Below, in pieces: positions 23,101 to 35,100 of a DNA stretch of 64,000 bases. The number at the start of each line of letters is the position of its first letter. Within the stretch, counting starts at the first letter, position 1. A program made the position numbers and the translations under genes. The notes under the pieces are model-generated. The model was not told where the DNA came from, ran no database searches, and worked only from the letters and a program-made list of their open reading frames with translations. Where the stretch lies: the NCBI GenBank assembly GCA_965655095.1, contig OZ296651.1:57288001-57352000 (forward strand), given 5' to 3'. The DNA is from Haplodiscus bocki. Lineage: Eukaryota.

Positions 23101-26100
23101 GGAGGATGGGCCGTTCGTTTTCCCAGCATTTTACTGCTTCTATGATCTCCCGAGATTGTTTAAAGGACAAAACAACAAGACGTACGGCTTCTGCCATTTT
23201 GACGAATTGTTTTCGATTGTTTCCGGCTGAAAATCAGAATTTTCTCAGTTTTCAACTGAATTAATGTAATGTTCCCATTGGTTGCTGCGTTCTGAAGAAT
23301 ATCAGCAATTGAAAATACAGAGAACTTTGGCTGCTGTCAATTTTTTGGTGGTCAATTGTAACCAAAAAATTTTTCAAAAACCGAAAAAAGAAGTTAGGGT
23401 GATGACGTTGTTGACTGATTGAACTCGGCAATCGTAATTTTGATAACTTTGGCGATGCTATTGGGGTGGGGGAATTGGGGCCTACGAAAGTTTCCAGGAG
23501 AGTTGTTATCAAACTCTTTTCATTGCAAAGACCTTAATGGAAACTTCTTGAAGAAAATCCAATAAAGTTGATTTTCCTTGAAAATTTGGAGTTTATCTGA
23601 TAATTCATCGGCATGGCATGGTTTTACTCTTTTAACGCCGTACCGGAAAAACCACGGACAGTTTTTACACGAGGCACGAAATTGTACGGAGTTACACTGC
23701 CCATTGGGGGGTTGCTGCACCGAACCTGCTTGTCAATATGGAGACGCCGGGTCCACACGAGCTGACATATTCTGCGTTCTTGACAAAGGTAATTTGTGTT
23801 GCAGTGCCCAGCACACTTGCAACTGACGAACTGCTCTCTCAGCCTTCGACTTCGGACAAGGTATGGCGTTAAATTGTAGGGCAGACCAGTTTTGGCCGCT
23901 GTATGCGAAGGAACGGCTAACGTTGACAGAAAATTTTTCCTGCGAGAGGCAACTGTACCCACCGTCTCACTCAGAGAACTGAAGTAGACGTTATCGCTCG
24001 AGATCGTGTCACTGGGAGACTTTTGGACAGACCTGAACTGGAATCGGGGATCATTTGCATGTTTTTTTAAGCTTACCTGAGGAGACCCGAAGTCATCTCT
24101 ATTCAAGCAAGGGTATGGTTCATCCAAGAAGGGAGATACAACAGGGCACCAGCACGTATAATGGCTGACAATAACGTCTGAGCTACATCATTTTGGCTGT
24201 TTCAGCAGAAAATAGACTTGCAGGGAAACTTTTCTCTGAAGATTTATTCGAAAGAAGCAGCAAATCGTTATCAGGGACCTCTTGTCAGCTGCGGCTGAAC
24301 TGAATTCCTTGCTATATGTCTTGACTATTCTGAGCACTCTGGGTTTAAAGGGCTACTGGGCATTGTAGTGCATGTAGCAACGGCGAGCTTAATCCGAGGC
24401 ATTTTTTATTTATGCTCGTCACGAGGAGGAAACATCCATACTTGGACGTATATGTCGGGTTGTTGAACGAAGAAAAGAACGGTGAAATAATTGACTTTTC
24501 AAGGAGGAGAAGCGCAACACCTGCTGTGTTTTTCGTTTCACTCAACCTTGGTACACCTGTCAGGACTTCGAAGATTCAATTTTTGGATTTTTTTTTGACC
24601 GGTTTCATGCCTTTTGTTTTGTCCCAATTTGGTCTACTTTATGGATGTAAAGCCAAAGTTTAATGCAAACTCTGGCAACAGTCTTGCTTGGCATGTTTAC
24701 ACCAGTGGTAGTGCTTGGGTACCCGTCCAGACCCCTGAAACTTGCTCTAGAACGGCCCCAATGAATCTCAATTCTCTTGCGTTGGACTTGTTGACGCCAC
24801 ATCTCAAGGATCGCCCACCAGATGCCTTCACGACGATCTGAAAGGCTAGAATGTTGCGAAATTTGAAGTCCGAAGATGTGAAATCAATTCACTGGAATGA
24901 CGGGTCTAATCTTCTCTTGACGTTTGGCGCTATTATTTGAACCCTACCTTAGACACACTCAGACCTTTACTCCAGCCTTCGTTTGATTACGTCATTCAGA
25001 CGTGTTGGCTTTATGATGATAGTTAGTTCTTTGATTGTATCTCGTTGTTTAGAAATATAATGTGATGCCTTCGAGTTCATTGCAGTTCATCTTCGAGTCC
25101 CGGGCTCTACGGTTATACCGTGGTACTAATTGATACCAAGTGGAAAACAAGATTTTATGGCCTTGCCAGTAACTCAGAGGTGAAATTTTAACCTGAGAAA
25201 TTGCAGAAAATAACTTATTTCCAAACCTCTATTGAGGGAAAAATGAAGTTCCTACAACTTTTGGGTGCCCAGGAGCACAAAAGAACAAACCCAAGTCCAG
25301 TACCTTTAACCAGGCAATGAAGTAAAGGAAGAATTCCATCAACTCAAGAAAAGCGCAAATAAGAACATCGACAAAGAGGAGTTGCGAAAAAATTAGAGAT
25401 CGCTAACGTTTGTTTAATGTGCAAATTATAGATTTATAATGAAGTTAAATTGATATGATTTTTTTGAAATTGAAAGCTATCCAGTGAATTTGATATCTAT
25501 TTGTGTCTACTTGTCAGAGAAAATCAAAAAGACATCTTCCATTCCGATGCTACCCCGTCCTGGAGTGTGCTACCCAACAACCTCCTATTCCTGTCACCGC
25601 TTGATTGGCATCACTTCGTGGGGATCTAACTTTGATGCCTCTTCTCAACATTCAAATTTTGTGTGCCCCATCTAGAGGTAACAGCTCGTGATGATACCGC
25701 ACGTGCGACCTATCGTTTAGAACATGCAGGCTTAGCTATGATGGAAGCGATGCAACATCTGCCAAGAACTTGGCTAGCGTGCCCGACCGAGGGCCAGCCA
25801 GCTGAGTACATGCTCTCCGCCTTTTTTGCTATCTACGATCCTGATGCCATTTTGATGTTTCATCTGACGATCTTGCAACCCTTTAAACTGGATCCCTTGA
25901 GCTATGCTGTAGGCTGGAATAAATCTTTCAGTGTCGAGTTTTTTTTGTGCGTAGTTCATCCTTACTGTAGTCGAAGATGACTTCGAGCCAACCCCGGATT
26001 GATGCCGTGGAAAGCTTTGTTGGCACCACATAAATTTCGACATAAACACAAAATTCGTGGAAACTTGATTGACAGCTCAAAACTCAATTGGATATGGCGT

Positions 26101-29100
26101 CAAACCAGCTGTAGTTCCCTACAGTTCTGTATGAGGAGGCTTGAGAAAGCCCTAAATAACTTCAGAAGCTTTCATTTTTCTAAAACAGTCAAATGTCAAG
26201 AAACTCCTATTTTGACTAATTTTGACTAAGTTTAAGTTTCGAGCCCTTTTCCCAAGTTTATTATCAAGAAATGTAACCACCTCCAACTACAGTTCTCGAT
26301 TGTTGCGCGGAACGCTTCGTGAGTGATTACTGAATTTCTCATTTATTCTTGAGTTTGACTCGCTTTAACTCATCTAACTTGTATTGTGATGTTATTAATA
26401 TTTACATGAATCAAAGTCAGAGTGTTTGCATGACGTTGATAATATGTCACTCACACTACGCTAGATGCAAGCTGGGTGCTCTGGTGCATAATCTTATTGT
26501 GGACGATTTGTGAATTTCACCTTTAATAACTTGGAGCTATATAAGCCACAGAGTTTTGTAAAGTTTTTACAGTTAAAATTCTGACTTTCATATGAAAAAT
26601 TTTCGCTTTCAGATGCAAAAACTGTTCTAGCAGCGCAGTGTGGCTTTATGTTGCCAATGATTGGGACCAAAAAATGTAGTAACAGTGTAAATCATGGTGA
26701 ATCTCATAATGTAAAAAATAACCGATTTATTTGAAAAATATTCTTGATTTCATTGACATGATGCAATTTGTTTTCAAAAATTTTTCATGTTTATTCAGAG
26801 AGTACTGAAATAAAACCACATATTGCGAATACCGAAACCGCTATTTAGAAAATGCAATCCCCCCGTTATCTTCAGTGTATAGTAAAATATAATTTAGTTC
26901 GTTCCAAGGACTCGTGAAGTTCAAAATTTTTGAAGAATCTGTCTAGTTTGGTACATGTCTACTTACTTTGATTTTGTATTCGTGGATTTTGAAATCGTCT
27001 GTTTTTGCAGGTGATATGAGGTGCTTCTTCGGCGCCATATTGGCGCCAGATTTTAATTTATCAGCTGTCAATAATAACTTCGGATGTCAATAATTATAAA
27101 GGTCAAACTTGGTAGCTCATTTTTGTTTTCGATGCTATTTTGTTATCTTTACCTCGGAAAGTTTACACACTGGACTCACTCCTTCCAAATATCTCGCGAT
27201 TGGTAGAATAATCATGTGATTATATCAACTTTGATCAGTTATTACTATGTAAAGTTTATAATTTTTGATAAAAAATGTCAGAACAAAATTCGAATGCAGA
27301 GTCGATTTTTCTTCATGGGATTTCTCCAGTTTGAAGCAAGAAAGACTTGGATTTTGATCAATAGAATCTAATCCGTGTCACTTGAGAATAAAAGAATTTG
27401 AATGTAGTTTTTCGATTGGATTAGCCTGTGGGCTCTTTTCCAAAAGTTTTCAGATACAGTCCTTCTTAAATCTTGACTGCTTGAGAATCGTTTGATCAGA
27501 CAGTCAACTATCACGGCCCGCTAACCTTGGATCATTTTCTTGTTCTTCAAGGGAACAGTTACAAGCTTCTGCTGTGTGATTTGATATCACACATTTCTGC
27601 AAAGTTTCGATATAATAGTTGACAATTTTTTGAAAAACCTGTGTATTCAGATCCTAAATAGTGGTAATCATGGAAACGAAATACAAAAGACTGCACCCAG
27701 GTGCTCCCCGTGGTCTTCAAAACATAACAAGCTATGAACAGCTCAAAGGTTGCGTTGCCCCTCTGTCGGGCGCGAAGCTTCGTTATCGATAAGTGGGGTG
27801 GTCCAAAATAATTCAGTAGAGTACACACTATGTTTTTATTGAATTAAAGTTGTATTCCCCGTTTTTTCGGAAATCACAAAATCGGACCGTTGTTACATTT
27901 TTATAGATATCATCAAAAATGTTCTGGTGAGCCTGAATCGATTCTGTTTCAAACAATACTTTCTGAGAATGCTTCTTGTTTTTGGCTGGCTTTGAGAAAC
28001 ACCCTGTTTAATAGTTTGCGATTTTCGGATGTTATTCGTTTTATCAAACAAAAATGTGCATCGCTGTTTGAGCTCCACCGTGTGCCAATTTTGTGGAATG
28101 GATGAAACATAAAATTACATGATCAGAAGGAAGGTTCTCGCTATACGAACTATCAAATGTTTTTTTTCAGCGCAGTTACTTAAATAAAGGCACTTTGATA
28201 ACAAGGTGTTGTCTTTGTATTCTAAGAATGTCGTACTAAAAAGGGTTTAACCATTTGACTTTTTGACCAAATAGTAAAGCAGTGGTTAAGCAAGATGCTG
28301 AATGACGTTACACTGTCTTTTGGCTGTTTTAGTCTCCTCCTCCGAGTGCTGCAAGAAATCATCTATCGTGCAATGATCTGAATTCCTCTGGCAGACAAAA
28401 AGGGCTTCCATCATTAGGTGCTATGTCATCAGACGTGTTAAAATGTGACATTCATGACGATGAGAAGATCAACATGTACTGCATTGCGTGTGACCAACTC
28501 ATCTGCGCGCTATGCAAACTGGTTGGCGAACACAAGGAACACGAGGTGAATGACCTAAACACGTGCTACAAGCTCAAACAAGACACCCTCGCGCGTAATT
28601 GCGACAAGCTCATTGAAACCTCACTCAGTCTCGCTGCTAGTATGGAGAAACTGAAGAATGCGCAGCATGATTTCACTGTAAATGTATTTAATGGACTTTA
28701 GAAGTAAAATTGCTTTCTTTCAGTTTTACGAGGCCGTTCGTATTTAGTTTGCATCTACTCATTGTTTTCAAAAGTAACATTTGACGGCTGAATGTTCCTT
28801 CCAATACTTCGAATTTTTGGTTTATGTCTTCAAAAGTGTATTTTATTTTGCATGTCGAAAATTTTGATATTTTCTTGTATATGATCTGTTATAGGATTCT
28901 CATTAGTTTTCAGAAGCGATAAACTTCTCGCTCTGGATATATTCTGAGTTGACCACGAAGTTTTTGCGTTTTTTTAGTTTCGTAGAGGAATTCTGCGAAG
29001 AATGATGCCCATCATCTTATATCTGAAAGTTCAATTTTTCGTTTCAGGAATCAAAAGTCTCGACTGAAGAACAGTTGAACGAATGTTTTGAAGATCTGGA

Positions 29101-32100
29101 GAAATTTTTAGCTAAAAGGAAAGAAGCACTCTTCAAACAATTGTCTGCTTATTACAACGTGAGGTTGAAAGATGTTGACGAAACCAGTGAAGCTGTGAAA
29201 AACAATCTAGATGCGGTCCACTCTCTTCTCTCTTTCACGAATGAAGCCATGAAGGAGACTGATCAGATTTCATTTCTTCAAGTCAGATTAACATTTTGAC
29301 CCAACGTTCTATTTAGTCGGAGCGCTTCCATAAAAGAAAAGTTTCCCACAATTTCCGTTCTTTCAACGAGAATAATTTTGTTGCGAACTAAGTTTGTTGA
29401 GAACAACAACGAGAACTAGGCGTTTTTGGGCACTCCGAAGTTAATTTTTTTTGGAAAATTGAAACCCCCCGTGGTTTATTGAAAACTATTCAGCAAAAAA
29501 GCATCGAAGGCTCCCATGTAGTACGAACATTTTGAGCCTTACGGGAGGTGCATATTTGGGTGGTTCCTGACTTGTTACATAATGATGGAGATAAAGCTGT
29601 AGTAATTCTTTGAACTTTTACATTTTGCAGTCCGAAAATAAACATCCGATAGTACTAAGAAAAGAAAACAATATTTTTTCATTTCAGTCTTCCAATTTGT
29701 TGTGCAAAAGAGTGTTGGATGCGTGCGAGCAAGGTGCTGCAATGGAGAAAAAGTGTGCGGCTTTTGAGCTGCTGGAAAATAGTGAAGATGAGAACAACGG
29801 AATTGACAATCGTAGACTGTATGTGGATTTTGCAAGAGAAAAATCAATCCTGAAAAACCTCAATTTTCTAAAACGTTAGTATTGTACTCGTGAAGGTTTT
29901 CATAAATAATGTCGAAAAGCGACATTTCATTCCTTGTAAGGTAGGTGTTAACTTTTACACAAACGTAATAATGGTGTCTTCAACCCGTCGTGTTTGTTCT
30001 TTGACTCTTTTACTACTCTTTTACTACAGCATTCCAAATATTTCATTGGTTAATTTTAGGATTTAGTATAGAAATGGGTCAACTAAAATTCGTCATATTT
30101 CTGCATTGCTTGTCGTGCCGAGACGTTGCATCAAATAGTCTGTTGTGAACAATGAGATGCCTTGGAAATACGAAGCATTTGGATTAACATTTTCAATTTG
30201 TTACCATTTTAGCGCCTGGAGCTGTAAAAGTAGAGCCATCTTTCTGTGTCTCCAAGCCGAACTCGTTGATTATCAGATGGAACAACAACACTCTCATTCC
30301 AGTGAGTGAGTACCACGTCATTTACCGTCCCCGTGGCGATGAGGACTGGATTTCGTGTCCGGGACTGGAAGTGCAAGGCATAGATGAGAGCAAAGAAGAA
30401 ATAGATGCAGAAGACGAGCAAAGGAACGATACAAGTTTTGTTGGAGGCAGGCACCGGATTTATATTGGAACACCTAAAATATTGTATGTAGAGTGAAGAT
30501 ATGCAAAGTGATATTTTTTGTCAGCGTCGTTGACCATTACAGCCAAGTGAAATATTGAGATTGAGCTATGGAAAGTGTTTGGGGTAGCTTTTCTTCCATA
30601 TATATTTTAAAATATTTTGCCAAATCGTGAACCAAATTTCCATTTCGAAGCTTGACGACTATTCTAGGATATCTAACCATAATTTTTCATGTTCAAATAT
30701 GTTCAATAATCTTTTTTAAAATCAAAACTCATTTTGTTTCCAATGTCTTAAGTAAAAAATCAGAATATTGTTTTCAGGACTTCGAAAATTTTTAATTTTT
30801 ACGGAGTACTTATAGTGTTACTCGGTTTGTTTTTTTTGACGGTTTTTCGTACGACATTTTGCGACCTTGTCCAAAATAAGGAATTTCGTGCAACGTTTCA
30901 AAATTTTTGTTTTTTTTTCAAAACGCACTAAAGGCGCGTGGCAGTAGCACAGGAGAGACCATACGGAACATCATAGTAGCGGTGAGAGCGTACAAATTAA
31001 AAAAAATCAAAATTTTCCGGAGTTGGGCGGCCATGTTTTTTTTATTCGCCTGGCAGCATTCATTTTAGACAGCATTGAACACGAAATATTTTCCAAGTTG
31101 TACCATAATTAATGAGTTAAAATGTAAGTGCCATCTAAATCCTGTGATTGTCCTTATTCTGAGGTCCTTGTGAGTTGTGTATTGATGAGTTGGAAGCTGA
31201 CACGGAGTATGAAGTCTGCGTGATTGCAGTTAACATGGCAGGACAGAGCCCAGACGAAAACAATTCTGTCTTTCTCAGAACTTCTTTACCAGGTAAGAAA
31301 TGTTTTATCTCCTGATTGGAGATCGGGTTTTAGCCAGCTACAAGTAGTACTCAAATTTTTCCGCTCACCCTTTTCGCATACTAAGATTGAATGATATTCA
31401 TCTGCTCGGCAGTGTTCATCGCAGAAAAAGCACTCTAAGTTCGATGCCCTAATATGTTTTCTTTCATCATAGGCACCGCGAACGGCGCACATCTGAACTG
31501 TTATATTTTGATTTTTTATTTCTTTCCGACTTCTTATCGAACCAGTTTTAAAGAGTAAATTAGCTGTCCCTTGGCTTTGAAGCATCTAATTTAATTGCAT
31601 TTCGAATCGCCAGTTTTTGTAGTATAGAGTTAGCTCTATTTATTCCTTCGAATGAGAGCACTTCATTATCAACAAAAGTCTCAATGGCATGGACACCACT
31701 GATTTCAATCTCATTTAAGTACTGTTCTTTTTTGCGTCTTTCCAGACTCGCGTATGCTGTGCCACGCTGTCATCACCCTCCACAAGTGGCAAGCGGCTTT
31801 CACACTCGCCAATTTCAATGGTCACGGGAAAATGTACATCAGACAGACGATGATCGTAGCTTAGCATAGTAAGGTCTCTTACAAGGTCGATGGATGTATT
31901 ATCTACGATGGATGTATACAAATTCACTTCCGAGTAGCTCAGAATAATTCACTTCACTTTCGTGTGGATGCTAAGTGATTAAATTTTTATGAAAAATTTG
32001 TCATATTTTTTCGCAGGATATTTTTTTCTGTATCCTGAAAAATAGCCGTCAGTTTACGTGAAATTGGCTGACCTTTTTTGTTGGCTAATTTCTTCTGGTC

Positions 32101-35100
32101 TGATGCTAGCATCCTTGATGGTTATTTTCACACTGCAATTTTAGATGGAAGGTTAGCTAGATAGCAGGCTGAAAAAGAGTTAAATGAAAATGGTAAATTC
32201 ATAAGTAACGAGGGTTTTTTTGAATATTATTCCATAAAATCCTAATGTCAGAGAAATAAATCTTATGAAGAATTCAAGCCGAGATATGGGCGACAGTAAA
32301 AGCATTTTTTGTGTCAGTTTAAGGGAACCAAACCCTTGTTTTGTTGTATCCTATTCTAGTTCCGAAAACTCCCATAGTTGACGAAGACGATTGTGTGGTT
32401 GAAAAAAACTCCATTCTGTTCAAATGGACTTCTGACCTGACTCTAGCTACGTCATCACAATCATCAGGCAACATATCCTCTAATACTGCAGCATCTAAAT
32501 CGAAAGCAGAGGAATGCATGGTATCATTCGTGGTAGAATACAAAAAAGAATCATCGTCGATCGATTCAGATTCTGCTGATTCGGAGCACTGGAATTGCAA
32601 GAGACACATGGAGTCTACAGAATTAACGTTGTGTGACCTAGCTTACAACACAGTGTATTTAATTAGAGTCAAAGCTGTATCCTCAACTGGGTCTAGTGAT
32701 TTCTCCGAAACAGTTGCGCTCACGACGTGGCCTTTACGTTAGTTTGTGACCTTTGAACTCAGATCCTTTTATTTTTAGGGTAAAAGTTTGATCCGTAAAT
32801 GACACGTTTTCACATTTAGTGCTTATTGCGTTCAAGGGTGAGGATCATCGCCTATCGTTTTAAGCGCCGCTTTAACTTCACTATCAATTGAAAAAGAAAT
32901 TAGTCATATGAAAGATTTGGTAAGTTTCAATAAACAACAAAGTCACGAAGTTACCTCTTATTTTGCCTCCAAATTTTGCCTACATAGTTATACTGACTAA
33001 ATTATTCATTTTGCAGTGACATAGTTTTTGAAGACCTTTGAAATCCGATAAACCATTTATATGCTTTCGATCCTCTATTCCTTGCTAGCTTATTGTTATC
33101 TTCCACATACCTACTGCATTTATTCGAAAAAAGCCTAAGCCATTGCGTTCTTTTTTTTTCAACGAAAACTGGCTTTCATTTTCTTTCTTGATAACTCTAG
33201 AGAAACGAAGTCCTAAAAATGTTTCATAGTACAAATGTTTACAGTTTTTGGGCCGTATTTTTGACATTGACGGAAGATGGCCTTTAAATAGCTAATTCTT
33301 CCAGTAGTGGTTTGCACAAAGTTTCAGAGATACTTAACATAGACGTACGGCGTTTATTCGAGGGTGTTTTTTTTAAAGTTAGCAATTGAGTGCGGCTTTT
33401 ATTCGAGGTGGGCTTTATTTTACGTATTTTGACAATATATTACAGCTGCGATTCTTGAGGAAATGAAAACTGTATAACTTTGTATATCTGTAATTGAAGT
33501 GTGCTCATTCAACGACTTTCAATCGGATTGCGACCGTTATATGATTATATGATTTTATAACTAGTGATGAGCCGAAAAGTTTGCTCAGCGACAGAATTGA
33601 AAATCTTTTTTCCCCGCAAAAAAATCTCTAGGTAATTTGCATATTAACAAGAGGCGCAGTCGCACTGCACTATTTTCCGTCAAAGGGGTGTAGAAATGAA
33701 TGACGAAACATAAAACAAGGGGTTTTCGATTGAGACCTTGTCGGAAGAATTCCAGCCTCTTTTCCTGTTTGTTTCTTTAGTTTGTAATTTTCTATTAATA
33801 TAAGTTTATGATAAAAAATAAACTATACTGGCACAAGCAGTGTTTTATCTCAGAAGAATTTATGAAAGAAATTCATAAGTTTGAATATTGGCAAAATAAC
33901 AGCAACAGTTGCACTTTTCGGCCTATCATGAATATTCTGTTGATTGTGCAAAAATCAAGGAATTTCAATTCGAAGACCCTTCTACAGATAGTAACTGTCG
34001 ATTAATACCTTGATGGAAGAAGTGAAGCCAATCGTTACGGAGAAATGAGAAATTGAATATGCGGATTTGTCAAAATATCATCATTTTTTGACGTTTTCAG
34101 ATTGTCACAATTCCCACAAAAAGATGAAGATCCATCAGTTTTCTGTTGAATAGTCCATTTCAAGCAGCGGCGTTGCTTCACCCCTTTTTGGAAGTACTCA
34201 CAGTCGTGGTTGTGGAGAAATATGAGTTCCAAAATGTACATGTAATTTTTGGAAACATTTTCGGCCGGTCACGAATCGGTGGCAAAGAAAAATCAGACGC
34301 ACTACGAGCTCCGTGCTAGGCTTCCGACAGGAGCTTTCCAAATTTAAAGGAAAGTCGGCCATCATTTTTAAAGGAAACCTCCGTGCTTCATGGATTTGAC
34401 ATAAACCTAAGCTTTTGAAAAGTGTTCGAGACCAATCGATTTCAATTTTTTTTCCTAGAAAACCGATCAATAAAATTCTGACTGAATCTAGAACACAGTG
34501 TGTGATACATTGAAGTGTCTTTATTGTAATGCCAAATCGGCCTCTTTTCCTGTCTTTCCTTCCAGATTATAGGACTAAGCATACACAAAACGTTCGAATG
34601 GCCAATAATTCGCGATCTGGAAGTTTGTTTCGTTAAATTTATAATAAGAAATCTGACCCAAAAATATTAGGTAATTTTTGCCGCCTCTTGCTAATAATAA
34701 TTTTGAATTTTGTAGTTTTTAGAAGTAACTGCCCCAATATAATGAAGATTGACTAAAATTTCAAAATAATAAAGAAACCTCGATTATCACGTTTTGTCGC
34801 CGAAGCGCCTTGCAAAAGAATGGAGTCTCCTTTGTAAACCAATGAAGTAACTCGGTCGTTTTCAAGCTAACTTGACTTTTTGACGCATGCTTCTGACATT
34901 AACGAACAAGAAATCAAATTAGCTGAAGTTAGCTCGATTTTCAAGTTTTGCTAAGAAAACCTATCGGAAACATCTGTTTTTTCTGACCCTAGTCGAATCG
35001 GAAGAGCAAATCGACTATGTTCTTTCCCTATTCATGTGCAAAATTTGGAGTGTTCTTGGACTTGTCATCCAGTTTACATGTTCACAAAAAGACTTCATGT

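Noticed and set aside
27670-27812. Short protein-like stretch METKYKRLHPGAPRG...
   Set aside because: Frameshifted, no recognisable motif and no fitting splice sites.
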